In this document: positions 36,647 to 49,839 of the stretch, in pieces | Layout: each line of letters opens with the position of its first letter | Numbering within the stretch: the first letter of the stretch is position 1 | Origin: Anthoceros angustus | Taxonomy: Eukaryota; Plantae; Anthocerotophyta | Direction of reading: 5' to 3' | DNA length: 64,000 nt | Assembly (NCBI GenBank): GCA_010909165.1 | Contig: MU008169.1 | Location: 1,488,001 to 1,552,000, forward strand | The notes under the pieces: model-generated | Told to the model about the DNA's origin: nothing | What the model saw: the letters and a program-made list of their open reading frames with translations, nothing else | The model's database searches: none | Position numbers and translations under genes: made by a program

Positions 36647-39600
36647 ATGAAGAAGGGTGGTCATTCGGTCATGTGTGGCTTCATTCCTAGTCCCCGGGCC
36701 CGGCACCTGTCAACGTTACGGGGGGAAGTGAAGCGGTTCAAATCTGAAAGCCGTCCTCGTGAGTTCCTACGCTGCAGCCCATTCGGTGTTTCAGCTTTGA
36801 ATGTTTGCGATGAGAAGAGGAGACGTCGTCCAGCATGTGCAGTGGAGCAGCAAGGACTGACGTTTTGTAGTGGTGGAACTACAGATGAAGCTGGCAGTGC
36901 CACGGTGGAGAGAAATTCTCAAGGTTCCTTACGCAGACAACCCAGGGAGATTGAATGGGATGACTCACAACTTCTATGGGTTGATGACCCACAGGCAGCA
37001 CACCCTGTTGCTGCGGGTAGAGCTTCTTACCAGCCTGGATTTGACAGAGAAGCTGCCTGTAAGGAGTTCATTAGGTCCAAGATTCTTGCGCCATTACTCA
37101 GCTGCTTTTGAGTGCGCAGCCTTGTGTTGTTGTTTTGTTGATGCTTCGAGCCAGCTACCTGGTGTGGTAGTCTAGTATCCTCCCCAACTGCTGGAAGGGT
37201 TCACGGTTTGACAGGCCTTGGACCTTGCAGGGTGGCAGAGTGTGACGTGAATCGAAAGGGAAGGACCTTGCAGACATCATGTGGTGAGGGGGAGCTCCTT
37301 GAGGCTGCTGAAGTGCTGGACCTTTTGGTACAGAGAGGGTTTTATGTATCCACGTCTTTTTTTTCTGGGTTCCTCAAGAGGTGCATTACAAAGAAGGACC
37401 TGGTTACTGGCAGGCGCATTCATGCTCTTGTGGTCAGTAATGGCTGCGAGTCTAACAAATTCTTTGCCAATCACATCATCCGCATGTACGCATCTCATGG
37501 GAGTCTGGAAGAAGCGTCGCAGGTCTTCAGTGGACTCGCCTCCCCGGATGCTTATTCATGGTCTTCCATTATTTTGGCATACACTGACCATGGACAGCCT
37601 ACTGAAGCAATAGAGATGTACTGGCAAATGCGGCAGTCAACAGTGATGCCAGACAATCATACCTTTGTGGCTGCTCTTAAAGCATGTGCCAGTGCATCCG
37701 ATTTGACATCAGGCAGGCAGGTTCATGCTGATGTTTTGAGGAGGCTGGAAGAGCCCAATGTGTTTATCGGTAGCTGCCTGGTGGACATGTATGCAAAATG
37801 TGGAAGCTTATCTGATGCTCGCAGGGTGTTTGACAATCTGGTCATACGAGATGTTGTCACTTGGAACGCTATGCTCACAGGATATGCTCAGCAAGGGCTC
37901 GGGCAAGAAGTGATTACACTGTATGCTAGTATGCAGGAAGAAGCTGTCACTCTAGCTGATCATGTTACGTTTGTCTGTCTTCTGAAAGCATGTGGTAGCA
38001 TCGGGGCACAACATCTCGCTCAGCAACTTCATTTTCAGGTCAAAGAAAGAGGACTGGAACGTGATGTAATCATTAGCAACTGCCTGATTGACATGCATGC
38101 TAGGTGTGGAAGCTTAGATGATGCTCGTGAAGTCTTTGACAGGATGCAATCAAGAGATGTGGTTACATGGACTTCCATGATTGCAGGGTATGCCCAACAT
38201 GGGCTCTTTCAAGAAGCTCTTGCACTGTATGGAGATATGCAGCATGAGGGCATGACTGCAGCTACTCGTGTGACGTTTATTTGCCTCCTTAAAGCATGTG
38301 CCAGCTCTGCAGCCTTGGATCAGGGTAAACAGCTACATGCCCAGATCCGGGGTACAGGTTTGGAAGCGGACGTGGTTGTTGGCAATTGCCTAGTGGATAT
38401 GTATGCAAAATGTGGGAGCTTAGACGATGCGCTCATAGTGTTTGAGAGCTTGCCGACAAGGAATGTGGTGACGTGGAATACCATGCTTACAGGTTACATG
38501 CAGCATGGCCTTGGGCAAGAAGCTCTTTATCTTTATGGAAGCATGCAAGAAGAGGGCCTTCATCCTGCTGATTATGTCACCTTTGCGTGCCTCCTCAATG
38601 CATGTGCTCACCTAGGGGCACTGGATCAGGGGAAGCAGCTTCATGCTCAGATTCAAGAAAGGGAGCTGGAAGTCGATGTGGTTATTGGGAGTTGTCTGGT
38701 TGACATGTACGTCAAATGTGGGAGCTTAAAGGATGCCCGCACTGTCTTTGACAGTCTGGGCACCAGAGATGTAGTGACCTGGAATGCCATGCTTGCAGGA
38801 TATACTCAGCATGGGCTTGGGCAAGATGCCCTCAGTCTTTATAGGTGCATGCAAGAGGAGGGCACCACTGCGGCTGATCAAGTCACTTTTGTGTGCCTCC
38901 TGAAAGCATGTTCTACCATTGCAGCACTGCATCAGGGCAAGCAGATCCATGCCCAGGTGCAGGAGAAAGGATTTGAGGCTGATATAGCTGTCGGAAGCTG
39001 CTTAGTGGACATGTATGCCAAGTGTGGTAGTTTACATGATGCTCGTAGGGTTTTTGACAGTTTGGCCACAAAAGATGTCGTGACATGGAATGCCATGTTG
39101 ACAGGGTATGCGCAGCATGGGCTCGGTCAAGAAGCCCTCGCACTTTATGCTGAAATGCAACAGGAAAGTATCACTCCAACTGGTGATATTGCTCTGATAT
39201 CCCTATTGAAAGCTTGTGGCAGCATTAGAGCACTGGATCAGGGAAGGCAGCTTCATGCTTTAGTTCAAGAAAGGGCACTTGAGGATGATGTGGTTTTCGG
39301 AAGCTCCCTGGTAGACATGTATGTGAAATGTGGGGACTTAGACCAGGCTCGTAAAGTCTTCGATAATTTGGCTACAAAAGATGTCGTGACGTGGAATGCT
39401 ATGCTCAGCGGATATGCTCAACATGGATTGGGGCAAGAAGCCCTTGATGTCTACGCAATAATGCAACATGAGGGCATTACTTCCGCTGACGTTGTGACTT
39501 TTGTGTGCCTGCTGACAGCATGCGCCAGCATCGGATCATTGGACCAGGGAAAGCACCTTCATACCCGAGTTCAGGAGAGGGGACTGGGATCTGAGTTGAT

Positions 39601-40672
39601 TGTTGGCAATTGCCTGGTAGACATGTACTCCAAGTGTGGGAGTCTAGATGATGCCCGCAGGGTATTTGACGATCTGGCTGTGAAAGATGTGATCACATGG
39701 AATGCCATGCTCGCGGGTTATGTCCAGCAGGGACTTGGTCACGAAGCCCTGGCTCTCTATGCGAGTATGAAAGACGAGGGCAAAAGTCCAGCTGATCATA
39801 TCACTCTTGTTTGCCTTCTAAAAGCATGCGCTAGTGTTGCAGCTCTGCGTCAAGGCAAGCAATTGCACTCAGAGGTCCTGGAGATGGGACTAGAAGCTGA
39901 TGGTGTTATTGGAAGTTGCCTAGTAGATATGTATGCAAAATGTGGTAGCCTGGATGTCGCTCGCAGGGTGTTTGACAATATGGGCACCAGAGACGTCGTG
40001 ACATGGAATGCCATGCTTGCAGGATACGCCCAGCATGGTCTTGAGCAAGAGGCCCTTAGATGTTACGAGGAAATGCAGCTGGCAGGCATCAACCCAGATG
40101 GCGTCACACTTCTTTCACTAATATGTCTATGCAGTCGTGCTGGCCAAGTGGATAAAGGTTATGAGTTCTTTGAGTGCATGAGAAGAGATCATGGCATAAC
40201 TCCCGAGATTGAACACTTCGTGAGTATGCTAGATCTTTTTGGCCGTTCAGGATGCTTCACCCGGATGCTACAACTGTTGGAAACAATGCCAATGCAACCT
40301 GATCTGGCCACGTGGTTGTGCGTGCTGGGTGCCTGTCGAAAGCATGGCAATGTCGTCCTGGGTAGACAGGCTTTTGATAACGCAGTGCTCCTACAGCCGA
40401 CGCATGCGGCGTCATATGTGTTGATGTCACAAATTTATGCTGATGCTGGCCTTCTGGACCATGCAAAGGACGTTGAGAAGCTGAGAAAAAAGGAAGGTGT
40501 GCAGAAAGAGCGCGGGTACAGTTGGATTGAACATGAGCAGGAAGCACACTCTTTCTTCGTCGGAGGCAGCGATCACCCAGATTACTCTAAATTGCGTGAC
40601 ATGTTGGAAAAGATGAGCTCAAAGCTGAAAACTGCAGGCCTTTTTCCAGATGCAGCTGGAGAAGCGGGTTAA
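36647..40672 (+). CDS. PLS-class pentatricopeptide repeat protein, E/E+ C-terminus, no DYW domain
   Basis: 37208-40672 ORF with nine ~102-aa P-L-S triplets, E1/E2 (TWLCVLGACRKHG, SYVLMSQIYA) and PG-box region GYSWIE...FFVGGSDHP, stop after AGLFPD. Upstream 36647-37058 likely a targeting-peptide exon (splice inferred). Confidence 0.95.
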
Positions 40673-41299
40673 CAAGCACCGCATCCTAGCCATTCGAGAT
40701 TCGAGAGTATTCTCATAACCTTGTAGGCGACAGGTCTATGGCACGCGCGTTGGCCGGAAAGCTACTAGGCAAAGCGAGCCAGGCAGAATCCCCCCCATGA
40801 AAGGCCGAGCCGCATTCGCACGGGGAACAAGTAGAACAAGCCAGGCGTAAAAAGCCGGAACTCTGCGGTCCATAGTGGCGAAAACGTGACACAATGCAGT
40901 GGGCTGGGGAGTCAAATTCCTCCGACCTTTTTTTGTACGTTTCCTGGATAAGTCACCAGATACCGAATTGTATAATTCTATTTTGAAAAAAAAGGGAGGA
41001 GCTTATGTAGGTAGGTTTGAAAAAGAAAAGGTGGGGCTTGTAGACTGGTAGTTTGTAGAGGAAGACGAAGTCCATTATAGTCCTTGGACAGAATTTTTCT
41101 TTACATGGACTTGGTACTTAACAACTTGTACCATGGTGTGCCTAAGCTACTTGCACCAAGGGCATCCACTTCCTCTAGGCATTCGGACGCCATTGATATG
41201 AGTATCAATCTAAGCACAGGATGTTTAATAGTAGTGTTCCTGTGCAGAATGGACATCGATTTATGTATGTAGGGAATGGATATAGTGGCTTCTGTAAAC

Positions 41300-43990
41300 A
41301 AGTGCCCAAATGGCGGTGTTGGAGCGCAGTGAGGAGCGTGGTGTTGGACCGTGCCCAAATGGCGGTCCTGGAGCACAGTGAGGAGCGTGGTGCTGGACCG
41401 CGGTGAGAAGCGCAATGCTGGAGTGCGGTGTGCAGGAGCGTGAGGTGTGCGGTGCGGGAGCGCGATGCTGACCATGGTTTGTGCAGGTGCACGTCGCGCC
41501 CTCCGTGCGTGCAAGAGGGCTTCCAAGGCCAGGCATGGCTGCGGCGTTGCAGTCTGCCTCTGCGTAGTGCCGCACAAGCCCCTACGGCCTCCACCCTCGG
41601 TGGGCGTGGCATGGCGGCAAGACCCAATGGTGGCAAGGCAGGCTTCGGGTGCAGCGAGGCACAGCGGCAGGGCCCCGCTGGGGGGTTGCCGCATCTTTCG
41701 CAGGCTTCCCAAGCACCTCCACGATAATGCCTGCTTAGCGTTCCATCTTCCTCTGGATCGCCTTGCACTTCACTCCCACGACGAGTTGGCCTGGTGTCTC
41801 CTTCTACTTCTCCCTCAGTGGTGTTTGCGCTGTACCAAGGGTGGGGCTTCTGGCCGTTGGGAGGTCACAAATTTTCGGGGAAGCCTTCATGCAACTTCTC
41901 ACCCATACTATTGTCCTCCAATACCGCTCCCTTCTCCAGCAATACCTCAACCCCCTCCAATTTGGCATTGCCACTCAGGAGGGTTGCGAGTCCGTAGTGT
42001 TGAGAGTGAAGGCATGCCTCAACACCCACCCGAAGTGGGTGGTCTTATAAGTGGATGTGGAGAACGCCTTCAATGCCATCTCCAAAGGGGTCGTCTTCGA
42101 GGAGCTCAGGGACGTCACCTTGGCAGCGTCTTTGGGAGCCTTATCCCTTTCGTCAAGTGCTTCTGCAAAAGGTCCTCCAACTTTATTATTAGCTCAAGAA
42201 CGCATCATCGTGATTTGCCATCTTTGTCTTGGAGTCGGCCACAAGTACCAGGCAAGGCGACTCTCTAGGCGGTGCTCTCTTCGTCATCGCTCACTATAGG
42301 GCCCTATCCAGGGCTACTTTCTCAGCACGTGACTATGTCTTCGCTTCACTGGCAGAGGACTCTCACATCCTCGGGCCTAGGGACAAGGTCAAGGAGGCCT
42401 TCGAGCTCTTCTCTCATGAGCTTTCTTTGGTGGGCTTGAACATCAAGCTGTCCAAGTGTCATGTCTAGTCTCCGTTAGGGATCCTCCCTACTTTGCGATT
42501 CCCTGCAGGGGAGATCGATTGCTCCGGCCCCTGGCATGCGGGTTTTGGGCGTTCCCTTTGGTTCCCCTAATTTCATAGGGAGCTTCCTCGACCAAGCTCT
42601 CGCGGAAGATCTCTCCCACATCGAGGACCTCCCTTTGCTTGAGGATGCACAGGTGGCCTTTGGTATACTTTTCTCTTGTTTTGCTAGGCGCTCTGATTAC
42701 CTCATCCGCACGTTGCTCCGGTCTGCAATCCTTCTGTCTTGGCTGCAGGGGTTTGACATGAAGATCATCAACACTCTTGGTGACATTTTGGGCCCGGGGC
42801 TTTCAAGTGCCCTGCATTGATCTTGCAAAAGCTTAAGGCTCCCGCTTCATCCTCCATGACAGGCCCTTTCTGGAGGATTTTGTATTAAGAGTGGAGGAGG
42901 GAACTTTCCCTCTCCAAGTATCCTTTAGGCTGGCCAGGGATATGCTATCGGCTGATGCGCGGCACGACTTCCCTCCCTTCACGACATTCATCACCAATGG
43001 TTTCAGGGGGTTGCAGGCATTTCTGCTTGAGAAGCAGCTTGGTTAAGATCTCTAGTCCGTCCCCATGGACCCCTCCATCCTTAGGTCCACAAGAGCTCAA
43101 CTTTGCTCTTGCTCTGAGAAGAAGGGTACAGGCGCCTGGCTACTAGCTCGTCCATGTATACGGGGTTCTCACATTGCACCAACAACCTTCTTTACTGCGA
43201 CACGATTCCATCTTGGCTTGCTTCAACCTGCGGCTTCTTTCCTCTTTACCTATGAGTGTGGCTCTGCCCTCCATGACTCTGGGATACACCTTGCTCGTTG
43301 CCTCCATGGGGGTCATCGCATTTCCACCCATGACATTATCCACGATGTCATGTTCATCATTGCTCGCGAAAGTGGCTATATGGCCTGGAGGTAGCGGGGG
43401 TACACTCTTCATACAGGGCCGTCAATCAAGGTTCACTTGTACCTCGTCCGCGGCGACCAGGTTTCGGCAGCGGACGTGGTGGTCAATGACCCTGCACGCA
43501 TGACACCATCATATCTCTACACAGGTTATCACTAACCATCATAAAGCGGACGTGGCGGCGTCAGAAAATATAGCGGGATGCAAGCGGGCCACCAATTCAT
43601 TTGTCTCGCCCTTCAAACATATAGGGCATGGGCTAAGGATTTCGATACTTTCTCAAGTCCTACGCCAAGGATTATCATGCCCGCAGGCATAGTGCGGGGT
43701 TGTCTCTCTCCTACTTTACGGCATTCTTCAGACATCGAGTCTCAATTGCTCTTCAACGGGCCCTCTCTATGGCAATCATCCACAAACCAGCGACAACAAA
43801 TGACGCATCCTCCTCTACCTCCGTAGTTTGTAGGTTGTTTTCTCTTCCCGCGTATGACATTATAGGCGCAGTCGGTAACCTCCGGTAGGAAGCTTAGTTG
43901 CTCCTTTTCACCTCAACAATAAGGGCCCCTCTTGGTTGTCCTTTGCCGGATGGGCATCTCCCATCAACTTTTTCCCCTAAATAAAACTAT
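41300..43990 (+). mobile_element. Degenerate, internally deleted CRE-like non-LTR retrotransposon (RT + Zn finger + RLE)
   Basis: LQFGIATQEGCE, DVENAFNAIS, RQGDSLGG, RVLGVPFG, HLARCLHGGHRISTHD, FRHRVSIALQRAL. Many stops and frameshifts. ~49-bp repeats at 41305-41400. Confidence 0.88.
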
Positions 43991-46588
43991 TCCCCATAGG
44001 CAATGGATATTGATGTATGTATATAGGTGTAGAATAGTTTTCTTATTTAGGGATATAATAATACTTGTTGGTATTCATACAAGATGGAAACGGACCACAA
44101 AGCTAAAGGGTTACAAGGCTAAAATATGAGGCATTCACACAACGACAGCCACAACACAACATCAAAACGCACAAGACTAAAAGATAACGAGGCTAAGATT
44201 AAGGCATTCAGACAATGAGAACTAAGACACGAAAAGACCACCAGGACTAAAGAGATTTGAGGTATTTAAACCATCCAAAAGAATACTAAGGCCAAAAAGA
44301 AGTAGCATCCACAATAAGTATCAAACTGAGGGCAAAGAGAAGTAGCATCCACAACAAGCAAGAAATTATGAAGCCTAGAGAGATAAGTGCTATAGATGCA
44401 AGCAAGAACTCAGGGCTAGTTTGAGCAGTGAAGTGTGGTTATTCAGTAACATATTTATGGCAGAACTAGTACCTACCTTGCATCTCTTGGAAGGGAAAGG
44501 AAGCAGTTTCTAGCATCTACCATATCACCAACTCACAATCACACTCGCTTATGCACAGAACAAAGCTTCTACTGCTGAAACTTCAACCTGCATTATGTAA
44601 AACCTGATAAGTAGCATGTTGATATTCTTGCTCCCTATTACTTTACCTCCATTTTTTAGAAGAACCATATAGATGTGCTATGATAGGTGCGTCTCCTACA
44701 AACTGCCCACAAAAATCAGTGCATCAAAATAAATACTACTTATGCCCATTCTTCATTGGCTCAATGCTCAAATGCACGCTATATAATGTTAACTTGAAAC
44801 TGCATTCAGGGTTCCAATGTCATATATAACTTTGACAAATTTTGACATGCTTCGTAAATTCTCTTCACACATAAGTCACGTGACTGCAATTGACCGCATA
44901 GCTGCTACTATGTCTGTCAAGTCCGCACCACATAGGCATCCAATTTGTATGCTACTAGAATGTCTACATGTCCTGTCATGCATGGACTTCGTACAACACA
45001 ATCTTTACTGCTCACAACAACAACAAAAAAGAGCGACTACCAGCTAGAGAACTCATTTGCTGGTTGTCTTATCGACTCTTCCCATGAAGAAGCTCCTAAT
45101 CTTGCTTAGCCTTTGGCTCCACAAGAAGATAGCTACTGAACCTCTTTGCAGCCACTCTGTTTAATTCATTGCTCGTCCTAGAGCCCCGTTTATAGGTATT
45201 AGTTTTGCCACATAGATGTTGTTAAATAACCACACCTCACTGTTCAACCAACCCCGATTTCTTTCTTGCATCTATAGCACTCAAGCATTACTTATTATTC
45301 TCACCACAATAGTACACACCACGCATGACATGCAGCACCCACAATGAGAGGTAAACAATAGACATACTTTAGATAAAGTTTTTTTAGTGAAATTGATCAA
45401 GATATATGGATAAAACCATCCGCTCAAAAAGCCGGAAACAAAAAGAAGGTTACTTAAAATATCCAAGTGTATCACAAAACTAAAAAAAATGATAAACATA
45501 GCCGACCAGAGAATAAAAACGCGCTCCCACCATGAAGGCAGAAGCAGCACTAAGCACCTTCCAAGTTTAAAAACTCGTGAAGATCTCAATCAGCAAGTTG
45601 TAATCTTCGTCCAGAATGAGCTCGAAGCGATAGACTCTCAGAAAAAAAATAAGCAAAGCGCTGCTCCGAAACATCACCCCACCCGCTCAGCCTTAGGATA
45701 ATTTTGAGGTTTATCGAAACTAGTGAGTACTTGGTACCGACGCATGAATTTATCGACAAACGTTGTCTACAAGTTTATGATATGCTAAAATCGAGATCAT
45801 TAATATTTGAGATGTAGAAGATTAAATTTTTATGATTTCTATGAAAATTTACTTCTATCCTAGTGTCATAGATGCAAATGCATATAGTACACAATTGTGA
45901 AATTGATGTTTATCTAGTTTGACATGGAACTAAAACCAAGGAGAACCAATTCTCACTAATAGTCAACATATTTATTTAGGTGATCTATTTTTGAATACAT
46001 TAAGAGATATTTTATATCTTATCAATTTATATAATATATTAAAATTAATTGACATAATAAATGAAAATTTTTATTAAAAAATATTGAATCATCCATATAA
46101 TGATTTGTTTGCTCTTGAATTAGTTTGTCAACATCTTATTTGGAGGTTTAAATTATTAATTTTGTAAACTTTGGGCATATTGATGATGCAATACATTGCG
46201 GCATATGATGCTTTACAATCTTCTTCAACATGAATAACATGTTATCTTACTCCCTTGTTCCATCATGATATCTCATACAATGAAATGTATAGAACACATA
46301 ATTTGTGCACATAATAAATATATAGTCATATGTATAGAAAAAATAGTTTAATCTGATTGTGACTTTGGGTTGCAACATAAAAAGAAACTTGTGGAGGAAT
46401 TTCTATTCCTAATTAAACAACATTCATAACTGGTACAAACATTATGATATATTGGTGAGTTCATGATTTAATGTTTAGTTTATAATTATATGAATTTGTT
46501 TTTTTAATAAATTCTATCTTTTATCATAATGTTGCACTAACAAGTTTGAATTGGAATGCTCTAGAAATCAAGACTTGGTATATTCCAA

Positions 46589-47053
46589 ATGATGAACGTC
46601 ACCATGCTTTGGGAGGTTTATTTGGTTTGGCTGTTAAGCTTAACCTTCACTTTGTATATACCTGGTGCCATTGCCCCAGGACATATATTTGGATCGGAGT
46701 ATGTACAACATGAATGTGATCCCGAACCCATATCATTTGCGACTGTTCAGAAACAAAGGACTGCAATAAATGCCATGATAGATGAGGGAGTTGGTAAGTT
46801 TCCTAGAGAACATATTGTGAACACTCCTGCATTGACGGGTAGTACTAAATGCCAAGGTATTACTGATTATCCTGTAATATTTAATTGTTTTAATTGTTTG
46901 CATTTCATAAAAATACAACTACTAGAAAAATATTGCAAACGAAAAGCGGGTGGGAGATATGAATCAACTGAGTGTGTCTTAACATATCATTATTTCGAAA
47001 ACGAGGACCATAATACAGAATCTTGTCCGTTACCATGGCCACCTATCGAATGA
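46589..47053 (+). CDS. Secreted single-domain Gnk2/DUF26-like cysteine-rich protein, intronless, 154 aa
   Basis: Signal peptide, then C...TKCQGITDYPVIFNCFNCL...KYCKRKAGGRYESTECVLTY, matching the six-Cys Gnk2 layout. Confidence 0.7.
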   Translation: MMNVTMLWEVYLVWLLSLTFTLYIPGAIAPGHIFGSEYVQHECDPEPISFATVQKQRTAINAMIDEGVGKFPREHIVNTPALTGSTKCQGITDYPVIFNCFNCLHFIKIQLLEKYCKRKAGGRYESTECVLTYHYFENEDHNTESCPLPWPPIE

Positions 47054-47289
47054 TATTTATCACAAAATATTCGTAATAAAAGTTAAGCACCATTTTATGG
47101 AAGTGACCACCATTTATGAAGGACATGAGACAACTTTAATCTTGTAAGGAGTTCCAACATGGGCTTAACCTGTATTTAACGATCTGAAGGATTAATATTT
47201 AATGCATGAGCTGATGATGGGCTGTATGAAGGATCGGGGTCGTCAATTTCGCCCTTTTCTCATGAAAGCAAGACAGAACAAGACTAGGA

Positions 47290-49520
47290 ACGTTTTCTTT
47301 TAAATCGCTGCAATGATGGAGGCAGTGCTTCCTCTGAGGCGTCTTTTGATACCCGAGTGGATTTTCCTTTCAATCTTGTTTTGCTCAGTAATGCTAGGTC
47401 ACTTTTCAACAATGATGTTGGTTTGTTTTTTCTTGTGCCGGTTGCTGGGCTTGTGAAGTTCTTTTGCCTTCCGATTTTCCTTCAAAGCCCTTCCTACATG
47501 CGCTTCCACAGGGATATTTGACACTTTGGCTTGCCTCGCTTTGTCCAACTGGTTCTCTTCGGAAGACTTTTGCACACTTCCTACTTGCTTAGGGTCGAGA
47601 ACAACCATCTTTGGCTGCAACTTATCCAGCAACGAGTGTACTTCAGCCTTCCGTCGTTGCCTTGTAGTCTGGAAAGGATTGGCAACATAGGTGTCAAAGT
47701 TGCGCTCCCCAGATCCCAGAATGAGGACGGAGGAGAGTCCTGTAGCATGACCCCACTCCAAGGACGTCTTCGTAGGGACAGAAGGCCACATCCTGAACTT
47801 GTGAACCCCTGGCTATTTGCTGTTTCATAAGAGATGCTATGGCTGCCAAGCAAGCCACACAATATCCAAATCTCGATGCTAGAGCCAAACGCAACTGCAA
47901 GCATCCCTCTTTGGCTAATGTCAAGAGATTTTGGAATAGTCGCCATGAAGTATGTGTGCAGCGGTGTGTATTGCCGCGCATCCCACACCTTCACCTTGCC
48001 ATGAAAACCTGCTGTAACCATGTGCTTCTCACACCCGGAAGTGATCCTCCCCGTTGACACAATGAGGTTCTACAACCCTGGCAAACAAGAGCGACAGAGC
48101 AGCAAACCTCCAAAGCATCACTCACCCTTCTGCAGTGCAGTTCTACACCTTTCTTGTCATAGATGAAGGTATCTCTGCAGACCACCAGAACCATCAGCGA
48201 ACCAAAACCCCCTTCTCCTGCCAAACCTACTCCTTTTGTGTTGCGGGAAAGAAAAACTCGTTGTGCAGAAACTTCACGTCCCCCACAATCTCACGCACCT
48301 GAACAGCAAGGACCAGCATCAGATGCAACATTCCTCAACTAACTTCAACGTCTTCCAGTCCAGGACTACCAAGTGACCCCGCCTGCCGCCCAGCACCATC
48401 AACCGCCCAGGAGCTGTGTAGTCCAACGAATGGTGAAGAGGGCCGGCACTAGTGGCTTGTATGGGGGATTTTTCCCAAATGCCTTGAAAACTCTACCTAA
48501 GAACAGGTACGTGTCGAGGGCATGTGACTAGAGTTCTGCATTCCTTCGTGCGTTGGTTGATAGGTCTTTGGAAATGATTTTGAGTTTGTATTGCTTGCAG
48601 GATTCGACTCACAACATTTGACGCGGCCAAGAACCTAATTCATCTGAGCGAGCTGGAATTCGACACTAGTAAAGTCTAGGATAACCCCAGACGTTTCAGA
48701 GGGAAGTACCGGCAAATTACAGAGGGCCAGGAGCTTACCGAAGCAGCACATCTTCTGCCACAGCACCACGTCTTGTTCAGCAAGCAGCTTACACGTCCAT
48801 TCGTGCTTCTCTCCGTCTTGCAGCTTGCTGATGAGAGACTCGTCTTTTGGACCATCACCAGGCTCTCAGGGACACATGAGTATAGGGCTGACAAACTCCT
48901 CCTACCGTCCTACTCCTGCTACTAAGAAGTCAGGGAGGAGGGGACGTCAGCATTGAACATTTGAGAAAATGGGCTCATACTCGCCAACCCCCCAAACATA
49001 GCGTCACTCACCTCTCAAGTGATAACAGTCTCAGGTGCCAGCCACTGCGTCATTCGTCAGTCCATGACTTACTGAAAGAAGTCTCTTCACCATAGAGGAT
49101 CTTCACCATGAGAGGAAGGAATCGGATGACTGCAATAGCGATGTCACACGCAACAAGTTCAACACAGTTTCTGTGTGATTACGGGCAGGGCTTATGGCGG
49201 TGGTGTTTGTGTGGAGCAGAGTTGGGCAAAACCACACAAGCTGACACACTCCAACAACCCGGTAGATTCGAGTCAAACGCCTCCTTGCACTCTTAATATC
49301 CACCTCCTTCACAACGGCCCCTTGTGAGAAGTGCTCCAGGCCCTCGGCCTCCAGATATCCCCCACTGCTGGGCAGCAGCCACTGCAAACGTACACGCACA
49401 CATACAGGTTAAGTCTACAACACCTCCATCCGTGTCCAGTAGCACCAAGACGTGAAACAAACAGTTACCTGAGGTATGGGATCCTTGGAGACCGCCATGC
49501 TTAACGTATCTCCCCATGTA
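47290..49520 (-). pseudogene. WDR46: WDR46/UTP7 (BING4) pseudogene
   Basis: WLLPSSGGYLEAEG, LDYTAPGRLMVLGGRRGHL, DVKFLHNEFF, IYDKKGVELHC, VAFCPYEDVLGVG and BING4CT GSGERNFDTYVANPFQT..LLDKLQP. Stops, frameshifts and a missing block of WD repeats. Confidence 0.85.
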
Positions 49521-49839
49521 TTTGATTTTGCATATCAGCCTTCCGCATGCTCACCATCACCCCCCAGTCTTGCCCACCACATCTAGATCTAAATTAGGGT
49601 TCCGCCAATCGGAAGATGGGATGAATTCTACATATGTACTGTATATATGCTAGCCTAGTCTATATCGTAGGCCTCAAGTTGTGTCCCCTATCAGACTCCC
49701 TTTGATCTCGTCTCGTCTGCTGCGTAGCTCTATTTGTTAAGGTTTTGCGAACTTGGAAGGAGACTGGTGACTGATAAAGAGGGACTTACAAATCCTGACA
49801 GGCAGGCTTCACGACCAGGATCTGATCAGGCTGGCCAGT

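Noticed and set aside
40673-41000. DYW domain downstream of the PPR stop
   Set aside because: No HSE, CxxC or DYW-like motif found in the frames I read.
44000-45700. Possible gene between CRE copy 2 and the AT-rich island
   Set aside because: Only short interrupted ORFs with no recognisable motif. Cannot support a call.
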